Both the position numbers and the translations under genes were made by a program. DNA of 60,450 nucleotides, filler included, from Platydemus manokwari (Eukaryota), in the NCBI GenBank assembly GCA_037951405.1. It is 5 parts of 5 records of this genome, joined end to end, with 100 filler letters (N's around TTAATTAATTAA, not from the genome) between each part and the next. Parts side by side here need not be neighbours in the genome. Positions count along the whole stretch, not along the records: positions 1 to 8,972 come from JBBMOY011321204.1; positions 9,073 to 20,149 come from JBBMOY010927752.1; 3 more parts are not named here. One strand, given 5' to 3'. Of the stretch, positions 1 to 13,700 are shown piece by piece; within the stretch, counting starts at the first letter, position 1, and every line of letters begins with the position of its first letter. The notes under the pieces were generated by a model that searched no databases, was not told the DNA's origin, and saw nothing but the letters and a program-made list of their open reading frames with translations.

Positions 1-1769
1 CTAACTACATAACTATAATAATTATACATCTTACACAGACTAGATTTAAAATGTAAAGCAAATTGCTTGTGATAGAAAGATATTTATCATTTCTGTATGA
101 AAATATCAATCTATTTTGTTTTGTAAGTCAAAAACTATTAAAAGAAACCACATCAAAAAATGTTTTAATGAGGTCTATAAAGATTTGACGTAGTCAATCA
201 CAAATTTCCAAATTAAAAATATATTGTTGGATTTCCGGTTTCAATAGCTGCATATCTACAGAATGCAAGGAACATCGAAATTAATAATAGACATGAAATG
301 AAAAGGAAAATTTAATATAGGAGGTGGGTTCACACAAAATGATTATAAAAAGAGGCAACTCTCGTGAACAACTGCCATTTGTGGCTCAGAAAAAACATGA
401 CATACAAATGTACTCAATCTTAGTCATATAATCTTAAATAGATAAATAAGCAATTGATCTTTTTATGTGAAAACTGTGCAGATAACTTGAACCAACCTTT
501 AAAATTTTAAAAATTTCATTTCTTATACATAGACTACTAATAATCATAATTTTGTGACTTAATCATAATATAGTGAACTTAGTAGTTCAATTCAAAGGGA
601 AAATTTAATTATGTTACATATACTCGAATTCTATTAGATACCTTGATTTTAAAGCTACTATTGAGGTTATCAATGTCAGGCAACGGGGATTAGTTAATAT
701 ATTAATTGGAAAATCTCAATCGAAAGACCAACCTCACAACCATTTTTAAATAATTACTGGTCTAAGCAGTTATACTTCTTAAACTGCTCGCAGGTGTTAC
801 CATCTTCTACTACACTATCTCTGCCATTCGGTGATCACATAACTGCCAATTTCAATATACCAGCTTAATCATTTAATGAATAGCATGTATAACCAACTTT
901 ATTCTAAAATCCTGATAAAATTCAACATGGCATATAGTTTTATCATGGAAACCAGATGTTTTGACTACCATTTCATTAAAAATCTTTGCCACTATTCTTA
1001 ACTTTAAATTATTGAGTAGGATTGCTCCTATATCACAGGAACTAAAAAAGACTCTAAAAATGTAATAGATCTTTAAAATATTTCCTGTAGTGATTAACAC
1101 GAAATTCTCACAAAGTATTTTTAAAATTAAGTAATATTTAATCATTATTTTGATAAACTTTCAAAATATAAGCACATGTCAATTTATGAATAACTTCTAT
1201 TATAATAAATTAGTCTTTCAGTCCAATAAAGGTTTATAAAATAATTTATAATTAAATGACTTTTCTAATTGGCTGACACTAATGTTAAGTGAAAACAGCT
1301 TCAACAGTCAACGAGTAATGATAAACTGCATACTCTTATCTCGTTGTTAATGCACCACTTAAATAAAAACAAATTAATTTTAATAAATTGGCCATTATAT
1401 TTTCAAAAATCTAATCAAATTTTCACAAATCACATGAATTCTTAGAGTTTTGCTATGCTCTCACTCAAATTAAAGTACGTTTTAAAATTTTGCTTGCATC
1501 ATATAATAATAATTTTGATTTAGGCAATTTAATTTTAATATTATTTAGTTCTGATTCACTTGTATTTTCAGAATTAAATAGCAAGATTTTTCAAACAGTT
1601 TATAAAGTACAAAAATCCATTTAGATTTAAAATTTAAATTAAAATCAAATCAAATCCAATGTTTTAACAAAGCATTTGACAATTTATATAGATTTCATAT
1701 TTTTGATAGAAGTAATATTTTATTGCCTAAATTTATCAGAAAAATTTCATCAACCTATTAAAAGTTTAA

Positions 1770-2080
1770 ATGATTGCGAGAAGTCAAAGATTTCTACACA
1801 AACGATCAGTAGTGGAAGATAGTCTGTTCGGTGAACCCGTACATATTCAACAAAGAGCTGTAAGTCAAGGAAATTTGTATGACATTTCAAATATTTATCC
1901 AAACGTTTTTTCATGAATATTTTTCTTGATTTTCAACTAATATTGTTTATTTGTTGACATTGGTTGGGTTTGTTTGATGAAGCCGCTTTGAAACGGATGT
2001 GTTAAATTTAGAGCGAAATCTGTTTCGAATTTAACTTTTGGATTTATTGTTCTTAACAAATAATAACAATAATTTTTGAA

Positions 2081-2119
<39 letters not shown>

Positions 2120-5100
2120 GTTTGAACTTTCGAACTTTTAATTTCAGATTAACAATTATTTAGCTTAAGTTAAGGAAAGGGTTCATTGATCTACTTTCGT
2201 AATGATAAATTTACGCTCATAAGATGATTTTATAACTTAATTTATATATAGTGATGTTTGATTTATTTGAATATTTCAGTTAATATTTCACTTTATCACG
2301 TTTAATAGAGGCAAAACAGTTTTTAAACCAAGTTCCTACTTTGATCAAAACACTCCTATGATCATTTGAGTTATTAAACTTAAATTTTTTAAATTATAAA
2401 TCGAGTCTGTTAACTACAGACATGCTTAATAACATCATTGCTAATTTTTTATAAAATAATAGTAAAAGCTGAGAGTATTTCTCAATTTACTTCTAATGTT
2501 AAAAAAGGAATAAATTGCTATTCAACCTATTTTGATCCCTTTTTCAAAAACTCAAATTTTAGGAGATTTTGAAGCTCTTATGTATTTAATATTTGATTTC
2601 AAAGAACTTAATTTCTTCTGAAGTACTTCAATATGAAATTCAAAATATTTTTAAAGAATATAACTAATTAAACTATATAGATTTTTGAAATTCAAATCCA
2701 ATGGAACATAATTCAGAGAATCTGTAAAATGAGATCATATCTGATTTTGATGCAGTGGAGATCACTACAAATAGAAAATATACTATTAAAATTGATTTTA
2801 TCATCCAATATAATACTTAATAAACTTTGTGCCTTTATGAAATAATTAGAAGGTTAATTTTTTCCTCAATATATTTATTCACAATATGATAATAATAAAG
2901 GAATAATTTTCCATCAAATAATATACAATTTGAATTTTTATCATTTAGATTCTCGGGTTTCGTACGTGATAAAACAATTAACATTAATATTCTTCCCAAC
3001 TTATTATTTAATTGAGAATTTCTTCAAAGAACGATATTAATAATATGAGTAACAACAATCAATCGATTTATTTGTATATGATTTTTCAAAATGTGCAAAT
3101 TTTCACTAGCGTAAGAAAAAAAAAATTCGTTCGAGCCCTATATGACTTAAAATAATGATGTAATTTATTTTCGGTACACCGTTTTAGTCATAACAAATAT
3201 TTTAGTAATATTTAAAAATATTTTCGGAACATAAATGACAAATATTAAAATATTCTGAAACTTTGTTTGAATCATAATGACAATTTTTTATTTCAGTTAT
3301 CAAATATTTAACTTGATTTCATTTAATGTATATAATTCGTATTAAAAACGTTTATTTTTCTCGAGATAGACTTTAGTGAAATCTAATATTTATTGTGATG
3401 ATCTCGATAAAAATTACCAATAATAATTCCATATAATTTTTTTGATATTATAAATTTCATATATACATATAATAGAGAAGATTGTTATTCTTAAAAGCAA
3501 TACATTTAGTGACCAAGTTAATTGAAGTATTAATATGGATAATTTGTAAAATATGTTTGCGTCTTGATTTTCACCAGAATAGAGCCACACTGTATTTTAA
3601 TATTTACCAAAACGATTCCGAGTTAGAAGTAAACTCTGAGCAGTAAATTATCGTTAATGAAATAGATAGCATTATTGGCCTGTAGTTGAGAATTTTACAC
3701 ACAAATATTTCCATATAAACGAAGTGATTTTCGTTATAGCATGATTGAAATAAACATGCAAAGATAGAGAGATAGCAAATCGAACAAGTTCAATAAGAGT
3801 TAAATTAAATCATTAAATAGTATAGATCTTAACAAACACGATTTAAATGATTCACCATCACCCTGCATTGAGAATGGCATATGGTAGCTATAAGCCATTA
3901 TTACTTTATGTAGCACGAACTTAAAATGAACTGAAATGCCACAACTTCAAAATATATATTTAAATACAATTATATAAACAAATTAAAAGCATTTTATATA
4001 AAATTTGAATTAAATCTTTAAAAAATTATTTCGTTGAAAATTTGTCACAGTAGAGTAGATTGAGTGATCCAGAATATTTTTAAGTGTCTTTATGAAGAAT
4101 TCTATGAATTTTGAAAACTATTGGTTTAGTCTGATAAGAATTCATATTGGTTGAAGTTTCGAATCATACAAAATCGAAAAATATAAAATTTCGATTAGTA
4201 TATATATATATTTGAGATTAATTTATTTTAAATTTAACTTTTATACATTTTAAGAAAATGTTGGAAACTAAATGGAAAAATAATAATAATTCAAATGCCG
4301 AAATCCATTCAATCTTAACTCCACAAGAATGCGGTGAAGAACTTTTGCCAACGAAACTTTATAATTCAAATGATGAAAAAATATTTTGCCCGACAAAAGA
4401 AGAAAATGTTAGAATTGTTACACAGGATATGTTCAGGAATTTGAAGTAATTAGTTTAGAAATATATGTTTGGTAATGATGCCTGTGGATATATATATTAT
4501 AAAGGAAAAAAGCGGCGATTCTTATCGTTGAGTTGGTTTTTTCCTGTGCATTTGAATAAAAAAAATTAATTTTTTATATTTAACATTAAAATTTCATATC
4601 AAACTTTAATAATCAAAAGATTTAATCTTTGAAATCATTTTATTTTAGAATTGAGCACATATTATAATCTCAGAAGACAATTCATAGATACATTATTTTT
4701 ACCTGTTTCCACCCGTGGGTTCGAACCATCGACCACCTTATTAAACTTCTAATTTACTTCAATATCACTTCTCACTTGGCCGTGCATACCAGCTATGATT
4801 TCAATCGAAAAGCTTTTTGAATAATTTTTATGAATAATTCTAAATCATGATAATGAATAATCATCATCTATATGAGAATGAAGAATTTTTTAAAGATATT
4901 CTTTTAAACTACTGGACTCTTGCCAGAGCTGCTTAGTGCTGACTTCTTAACATCATATCAAATGCATATTATACATTCATTTGGTTAAATGCTGCGAAAT
5001 CCTTGGTTGTCTAAAACATCTACTGAGTTTTTTTGCCTCATACTTTTTACCCTCGTAAGAGCATTTATTTTGACGTGGTCGCCAATAAAAACGCCATTTA

Positions 5101-7442
5101 TTTCAATCAAAATTTATTAGTTAAAAAACCTAATATTCTGAATATTTAAATAAATATCAGAATTGATTTATTTAACTAATTTAAGATCGAATTCTGAATA
5201 TTTATAACATCTAAGATTTATCTAACTCAACTTATATGAAACTATTATAATGTCTTCTATTTGAAGTATCTACTGAAAAATGAGCAGAGAAAAATAAAGT
5301 GTAATAATTAAGTAATAATCAATAAGATAGTTTCAATGAAAAAGACGAAGGGAAACCATATTATTACCTTCTATTAGTTCTATTAAAAAAAATCTATCAC
5401 CAACAAGTTAATGTCGCACATTCTTAATCAACATACAAAAAATTACGAATCTTTTTGTTATATTACAAAAATATTGCATAATAATTAAGACTATTAGATA
5501 ATCTTAAAATAGAAACATTTTTAAAATAAATTACTGAGAATTTTCTTCTCAAATGAATCAGTATTTTTATGTCGAATACTTGATATTCTTTTTGCGAACT
5601 TATTGTAGAGATGAGTTTTTAATCTTGAAGAAAGAATTTGGAAAAGGTATTTATAATTTACGATTTATTTTTCAATTTATTTGCAAAGTGAATAATTGAT
5701 TTAAATCATCTAGCTTAACTTTTAATCCTTCGTTAAATAATATATTTTGATGAGTCCTCAATTGATGTTGTTAGCCGCTACTATTTTAAAAACCACACAT
5801 TATAAACGCAGTGAAAAGTCAAGACACCAAGAGTTTATTTACATATAAATATTTAAATAAATAAATTTTAATTTTATATAAAAATGATTATATTTAAAAT
5901 TGAAATTAAATTTGAATTAAAAATTTAATTCATTTAGCATATCTCACAGATGGTACTCTGTTATTGAATAATTTAAGAGCACTATAGTCGAGTTCAAGTG
6001 TTTAATATCATTATATTTTCATTTAAGCAACATATTCTTTTCGTTGTTTGGAAATGTAGGCTATTATTTTTCAAACAAAAAATAGTCTAAATTGGTTTTC
6101 TTTATTGTTTTAAAATTTGATATTCAACAATTGTACCATTTTTTCAATAGGAGAGAAATAATGTCTATAATTCTAAAAGTTTTATTCATTTTATTCTTTG
6201 GATAGACGGTAAAAGATAAGTTATTATTTAATTGTTGATTATCAATTGAGTACAATTAAAATTGTTATTGAACCTGTCTGATAGAATCGACAAAGTCTAA
6301 TAAACAAATGAGATCTATATTTAATACATCTTAGACTCGTATATGTCAAAATTATATAAAAATAATTTAATCTAAATCATATTGTTACTTAGAAGACTTT
6401 TTAATTAGGAAATCATTTATTTACAACAGTTACGTTGTTATATACATCGCCTTATTTCTGATGAGGTAAACACATCCCGGGAGTTAATTGGCGCGTAGCA
6501 ATTAACAATTGCACAATCACTAATGAACATGCAATCAAACAAACATACCACATGCACATTTCCATTTACGAATCTATTTTACACATATAATTTAAAAATT
6601 TTCATTTTCCTGTTGTTGAATTTTAACAGGTATGTGTGGTGCTTTTCTTATTTTATGTTGTGATATTATTTTAGTACAGATTATAGTAAATCAAACTTCT
6701 AATCATGTTAAATAAGAGCTTTCATGCAGTCAACATAAAATGAATAACCAATGAATCTTGATTTTAATTTATTTATAGCACTATATCTGGAAATTTCTTG
6801 GTTTCTGTTTCCAAACATGATTATGATATCATGGTATTATTAAAAATATTTATTGTTAAAACTTCATTAAAAATATTTCATTACAGTAATTTATGAAAAA
6901 AGAAATAAGTTACTGGACTCTAATTTTAGGCTGTACCAAATACTTGTTGAAATATTTGGATCTCTCTAGCAGAGCATTACTAATTAAATGTGTGGTAATC
7001 ATTTTTATAAATTTTCAAATAAAGAGCTAATTTGTTTAAAGTTTTAATATATTTTCGATTTTTCGATTTTCATTAATTCATAATTCTAAAATTTGATAAT
7101 TTAAATAAATATTTAAATTAATAATTTCTATTACTGGTAGTTTGATTCAATAAAATCAATAAAATCAATCAGGCAAGTCACATCTAAGATTGAAATAATT
7201 TTCTATTTAGTCTTTTACCTTTACACGGATAAATTAATGTATGATTTTGATTTTTATTAATTTTTACTGACAAAAATTATAACGAAAATCTTTGCAGAGT
7301 ACCAAAAGAAAAGATGAAAACAAAATCACTTTTATTGAGACCGCAAGAATATATGCGTTTGAAAACCAAAGCCCATGTTCTGACGGATGAAGAAATGCTG
7401 AAATTGGAGGAAACGGAAAAACAAATCAAGGATAAACAAATG
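1770..7442 (+). CDS. CFAP45: Cilia- and flagella-associated protein 45 (CCDC19), 5' part only: exons 1770-1859, 4255-4445, 7298-7442
   Basis: GT-AG introns with compatible phases (0, 2, 0). The spliced product MIARSQRFLHKRSVVEDSLFGEP...TKEENVRIVTQDMFRNLK-VPKEKMKTKSLLLRPQEYMRLKTKAHVLTDEEMLKLEETEKQIKDKQM aligns with remembered human CFAP45 blocks SEVDESLFG, ETIQLITRDMVRELIVP and SLIISPEEFERIKWASHVLTREE. I found no later exons before the gap at 8973. Confidence 0.85.
2081..2119. repeat. Compound (AT)n(GT)n microsatellite in CFAP45 intron 1
   Basis: Directly visible: atatatat...gtgtgtgtg. Confidence 0.95.
4704..4793 (-). mobile_element. tRNA-derived SINE-like head (Pol III A/B-box remnant)
   Basis: Minus strand has an A-box-like CGGCCAAGTGAG and a B-box GGTTCGAACCC, followed by tRNA-like ...GGTGGAAACA. 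A similar arrangement occurs at 7921-7986. No full cloverleaf. Confidence 0.4.
5769..5948 (-). mobile_element. Solo LTR (same family as the TRIM at 39725-40489) in CFAP45 intron 2
   Basis: TGTTAGCCGCTACT...ATATCTCACA with TG..CA ends. Both ends match the LTRs at 39725 and 40273. Flanks GATGT/GATGG form a 5-bp TSD with one mismatch. Confidence 0.75.
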
Positions 7443-7920
7443 GTGAATATCTTTGTTTTCAAAACAATAGGGTAAAATCTTATGAAAATAAATAATTTAT
7501 TTTTTAGCTGAACTTGGAATATTGAATGGAAAATAATTGAGATTGTTATATAGAGTTATGGTTTATGCCAATTAGTAAATACATAATGACTTTCAGAAAT
7601 ATAGAAGACTGAACTGATTAAAAGAAAATAATCGAGATTCTAAATATGGATTCTAAACATGAACTTAAATTAATAGTTAAATTAATGAACAAAAATCTAA
7701 TATAATATATTATCTAAGGCCACAAAAAGTTCGGGCTATTTCAAGTATCGTTATTGTTCAGAAAATTAATTAGAAAATTATATAATTTTCTCAATCCAAT
7801 TTTCGGCATAGAGAACAATTTTTAATAGGAAGGGTTATGAAGAAGTGCCCAGATTTTGTGGTTCCTTTTACTCATTATAATCGATAGAATCTCAAACCTA
7901 ATATTTAAATAAAGTTTAAT

Positions 7921-7986
7921 TCATCCATTGATGGATTTGAACCCGCAACCATTTTATTTAAACTAGCTATCACTTGCCATAGGCAC
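7921..7986 (-). mobile_element. Second degenerate tRNA-derived SINE-like head
   Basis: Minus strand TATGGCAAGTGA ... GGGTTCAAATCC (A/B-box-like), resembling 4704-4793. Confidence 0.3.
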
Positions 7987-8972
7987 ATTTAAAAATTCCA
8001 TTTTAGTCCAAGATCAATCCATTGTCTCTGTCACATTAGGAATACAAATGGTTACAATTTAAATAAAAACAAATCATTTAAATGTTTTATAAATATTTTT
8101 TACTTTATTTTTCCATTGTTTTTATTGGAAAATTGGAAAAATCTGCTTCAAATTAGATTTCAATTAAATTATAAATATCGTGTTTAGATTTTTCCTTTTC
8201 AAACTAAAACATTCAATCTGTTGTTTGGAAATATTTTTAATTGAGTAGCAATTAAAAAACCAGATGTTGTTTAATCGATAGATTAAAAAAATAAATCAGA
8301 TAAATTAAAATGTATATTCAAAGATGAATGGATACATATGGTTAATATCTTATAAAGAAGTAAAAATAATTTTAAAAAATCCAAGCATTTTTGGAGTCTA
8401 CTTTAAGAATAGAATAGCAGTTATTTATTTGTAAATGTTTTCGTTAAGAAAACTTCATTAAGCTTCACATTTAGGAATTAATAATCAAGATGTTTGGATA
8501 AATAGTAGCATCACATAAATATTTAAAGATTCTGCTCGTAGTATTCTTATCTATTTTTGTTGACGGATAGAGATAAATTATTTAATTAAACAAATGATAT
8601 AATTAATTTTTTTTATAATATCTTTTGAAAAAAACGCTCGAGTTAATCTTTTCAATTTTTTTGGGTATTTTTAGCTCAACTTTGTTGTTGAGATGTTTTT
8701 ATTTGTTGTTTTTTATATTTTGGCTTTCGAATGATTACAATTTTTAAAAATATAATAAATATTTATGTTCATATTTTACCAAAACTTGTGAATTCATTGT
8801 AAAAAGTGTTATGATATGAAATAATAACCCGAGATAACTGGTGTTGAAGAACTGTCTGATCAAAGATTCAACTTAGCAGACTTTAATAATATATTAAAAT
8901 ATTTCCAGATCAGTATAAAAATTTTTAAGATTAGAAATGTAATCATATTTAAAAATTTATTGAATTTCTTGT

Positions 8973-9072
8973 NNNNNNNNNNNNNNNNNNNNNNNNNNNN
9001 NNNNNNNNNNNNNNNNTTAATTAATTAANNNNNNNNNNNNNNNNNNNNNNNNNNNNNNNNNNNNNNNNNNNN
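8973..9072. other. Artificial assembly spacer (44N-TTAATTAATTAA-44N)
   Basis: The identical 100-nt pattern occurs four times. The 12-mer puts a stop in all six frames. Confidence 0.97.
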
Positions 9073-9352
9073 TAGTTGATACCGAATCTATCGACACGGT
9101 ACGAAAATTAATCAATAAGTCACTTTGTACCTCGCTGCTTAAATCGTTTTGCTTGTATGGAGATTCTTGTGCTTGTCTAGTCGCTAATTAACTTTTTTCG
9201 TTTCTCGGAGTTTCGTGTTAGATAATTTCTTTAATCTGATAATGTTAGTTAACTTTTTGGCGATTTGTTCTGTTTCTGCGGCTGCTTTTATACTAATTTT
9301 CGTTATAACTGTGGGCCAATCACGATTTTTCTATTTCCGGAATTTTAAAATC

Positions 9353-9438
9353 CTATTTTTGTTTTCTAATCTATTTTTGGAATTAATAAATTCTATTTTT
9401 ATTTTCTAATCTATTTTTGGAATTAATAAATTCTATTT
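9353..9438. repeat. Tandem duplication of a 40-bp unit
   Basis: ttttctaatctatttttggaattaataaattctattt is repeated at 40-nt spacing. Confidence 0.9.
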
Positions 9439-10799
9439 ATAGGATTTGATTTATTTTTGGAATTTTAAATAAATGATTATGTTTGTGGGCGTAATATGTG
9501 CTTGTGACTCATTATGGAATGGATTCGGATCTTAACAGTAGTGATATATTTAATTAACTTAACTATCAGTCTCAAAATTTTCTAAACCTACTTAAATTAT
9601 TAACTATATTTTTACAATTGATTACTAACTATGATTTTACGATCCCTGTATGATTAATAACTAAAACTTAATGCTACAAATGTTTATTAAATATAACACT
9701 AATTCAAAAACTAATTGACAATAATGATAAAATAAAATTACAGATTGATTTTGAAACTACACTACACATTCAATAAAAAATGGTATAAGACTACCTTACA
9801 ATTCCAGAGCAAAGCTGTTTATACGTCCAATTCTCGGAGTAAAACCAAAGTTACCTTCGTCAGAGTGCTTTTAGAGCACAACTCTATAATAAGAAATATA
9901 ACGATACGGTATATAATATGAATTAGTATTTTGCAGGTACAGTTTTACTTTGGGTCTTCCAGCAAACACATAGCATATACAGGAAAATTGGTCTTCTGCA
10001 CCAGATGATATTCTTCAGTGCGTCAAATTGAGATTTAAATGATGGGTCTTCTTCAATTGATATAACGTATAACGTCGGACAGTGACAATAACGGCAGCAA
10101 TTTGTAAACTAGAATTATGGCAATGTTGATTGTTAATATTGCCTTATATAGGCAGTGTGAATCAGTCGCAGATATTCTCTGCAATTAAGTTTAATGCCAG
10201 TTAATTTATTTGTCGCTGTTAATGCGCGATATCTTATTGCGTATTGATATTTTATAAATTAATTCATTATTTTATGGTATTTAAAAGGATTTGCTATTGG
10301 TGATTTTATTGATATTATTATACTACGGATATAAAAATAATAAATATTATAAATATCAATATTTCTAACCGGTCTTTGCTCGAAAATTCCAGTGTCAACA
10401 TAAAAAAATACACATTAATTAAATAAAAATTAATACACATTTTATACGTACTGTCATGCAGATGTATACACATATTTTTAATGTAAAATTAATTGTTTTA
10501 AGTAACTTGTTGGGCCAGAACCCCAACATAAGCAACTACATCCAACAACTGTCATAAACAAAATTTTAATGCCATCCATTGCTGATTGGTTAACACCTTA
10601 TCCAAAAGGTGTCATATTTTCTATTTCATTTCGCTATTATCACTAAGTTTCCTTGTCCCAGTAGCGCCACACATTAATAAAAATTCCTTTATTTGTTTAT
10701 TATGTCAAAATTTCATTCATTTTTATAGAAAATCATAAAATAAAAAAATTAATTCTCAATAAATCAGAATCATAACTAATAAATTTATTTGTAACAAAA

Positions 10800-13700
10800 T
10801 TAAGAAACATTAATCGTAAATTGATATTCCTGATCGCATCCCAAATAGCTGTCCGACATGAAATACAACGTGTATTCATAAGTTCCTTGTTTTCGCGGTG
10901 CCTCAAAATTAAGAACGGCTTTTTCAGTTGGCGAACTCAATAATTTAATAGATATTAAATGTCCTTGATTTGGTTCTCCGACAACTAGCCACCAGCTTTC
11001 TTCGCGTTTCTATAATAATATTAATTAAAAATCAATAATTTAAAATCAATATTTAATGATTAGAAAATCAATATCTTACATATGGGAAATGTGGTGCGTA
11101 CACTGATGCGATATTATCGTCATCTCGAGCCAAATGCACGTTGACAGAAACTTGTGCTCCAGGAGTAATATTTTTGCTGACTTCAAATGTTAAATCGATA
11201 TTTGGATAACTTTGAAAAAATTTGGCAACGTCGTGCAATTTTTCCTCTGGTAATTCCATCAATGCCAATTTCTGCTCATCTTCTAGTTCCATAACATCGA
11301 AAACTGTTTTTATGTTTGCCTCTTCACAACGTTCCAGCAATTTCGGATCATCAAAATGAGGAATCTGTTTCAAAAGCGAATCTCTGTGCCATTGTGCCTG
11401 AGTAATCATTTGAGCCAATTCCATGGCTGCAAGTGCTGGACCCAACCATCTGTTGCTTGACAACACATCAACACAGGCTTGTATCAGTCGAACGGATTTC
11501 ATCAAAATTTGGTTTAAATCTTCTTTTAATTCAGCAGCTTTGACAGGAATTTTTGATAAATGTGCTTGTAATAAAATATTTGCTTTTGTTCTCGGATCGC
11601 TGAGTCGTTTTTCTTCAGAAACAGGTAAACGCAAAGATTGCTTGATTCTTGTCAGAACAACATCTTCTCCGTGTCTTAGCGGTAGATCTTCGAATTCGTC
11701 TGCATTACAAATAAGTTCTAATAACACACGAACTTTTGAGTTGGGTTTCAACGAGAGACTGAACATTTCGATTGTTGTGTAGTGGATATAATAAAATGCG
11801 GCAATCATTCCCAAATTTATAGCCGATATATCAATATCATCTTTTATGGAAATACATTTCGAATTTTCCAAATCTGCCAATGTATTCTCCACCAACTCAC
11901 TCAAATGATCACTAAGGTGCCGATGTGTCACACCTTTCAAGTTGTAATAATTTGGATTTTTCGTCATTCGATAATAAAGGAATGTCCATGTTAAATAATC
12001 CACAGCATCCTGTTTGTTCTCAATTGTTTTTGTGACGATTTCTGCATTGAAATGATCATGTAATTGATGATCTAAATGCGATTCTAATGGCAGTGGTTCG
12101 TGGAGAAACTTTTGGATGAAATCTTTCTTGTTGGTTTGACACATGACAATTGTTTTAGCATCATCAAAAACAACATTGTTAGCTCGACCGACCATTTGAA
12201 TGAGATCGACTGCGGAATAATCGTCATACATACAATCTTTCCCGTTATATACTTGTGTATCCATGACAATCACCAAATATGCATCTGAAGGAATCGACCA
12301 ACACAGCGTGTGGCTGACAACCAATATCTGAATAGATTGGCTGCTAAACAATTCTAACATTAAATTTCTCTCATTTGTAGACAATGCTTCATGAATAAAC
12401 CCTACACCACATGATAATGTTTCAATGAGAATTTCATTAGAAATATTTCTCATATATTCAGTAACGATAGCTTCACTGGCACGACCGAAATTTTTCTTAT
12501 CAGCTAATGCATAACCCATCAATAAAAATGCAATATCTTCTGTTTGTTTCATAGTCGGTACGAAAACAATAACAGGACTGTTTGGTGATTGTTTTAATAT
12601 CGTTTGATAAACAGGTTTGCTCATGGCTGCCAAACGAGTAGCATTGTGGGTTATATTGAAGGTTTGAATTTCAATATCCAATGGCCGATGTCGAACACTA
12701 GGGTTGAAATTATATGTAGCAGTTCCGTGGCAATCCAACCATTCACCAACATCTCTAGCATTTGTCAATGAATAAGACAAACCAATGATTCTAATAGGGC
12801 TTTCCAATTGGGAACTCATGTATCTTGTTCTTGAACACACTACCTCTAAAGTGGTACCATTGTGTTGACTGCCAATCAAATGCAGATCATCTGCAATAAA
12901 CAATTGAATGTTTTGAATGGCCTTCCTTTTCTTCCATCTTCTTGATAAAACATCCCATTTATCGGCAGTTGATACAATTATATGTGCTTTGGAAATGCTT
13001 TTGTTATCCATATTAGTGTTTCCAGTCAATTTAATAACATTTTTACCCAATTTTCCAAATGTTTGTGCCCATTCTTTATAACGGAGCTGAGCCAAATCTT
13101 CTAATGCTGTAACATATACGCAACGGGCATCTTGTTTATTTGAAAATAACCTCATTATTGCAAATTCAGCACAAACTGTTTTACCACTACCGGTTGGGGC
13201 ACCAATAAATACATTTTCATCGGAATTATATAATGATTCGAAACACTGTGTTTGAATAGCATTGAAAAATGACATCTTATTCTTATAAATCGATTCATAA
13301 TCCTCATTTCTCAAAGCTTTTATTGGCAATCTTTGTAAATCTAAGAGTTCTGTCAATGGATGGTTCTTTTCTGGTAAAAGTACTTCAAATAGATTGATGG
13401 GAATTTCTGCTTCAGATGCAATCCATTTATCGGAAACAGCTCTTATAAAGTATAGTGGTGGTAATGGATCAAAAATTGGGATATAAAATTTGAGAATATG
13501 ATCATCATTCTTGAATTTTTCTTTCAATAAAAAGTATTCGTAATGAAGAATATTTTCACGCATAACATCTTCCACAAAAATCCAAAATCCTTGAGATGAA
13601 CCATGACTTTTTGGACACCAATCGAAATCCGGTGTGATAGTAAGTTCAACTTTCATAGTACTTCTAGTAATTGGTTGCAAATGGATTTTTAACTCGAGTT

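Noticed and set aside
230-1330. Possible LINE endonuclease remnant
   Set aside because: Only vague composition-level resemblance, with no diagnostic motif readable.
6458-6506. CTGATGA followed by a hairpin
   Set aside because: No GAAA or cleavage-triplet arrangement of a hammerhead.
9017-9028. TTAATTAATTAA palindrome recurring four times
   Set aside because: Artificial linker inside N-runs, not biological.
12880-12900. DDLH instead of DExH in the second Brr2 cassette
   Set aside because: The C-terminal cassette of Brr2 is known to be catalytically inactive and degenerate, so this is not novel.
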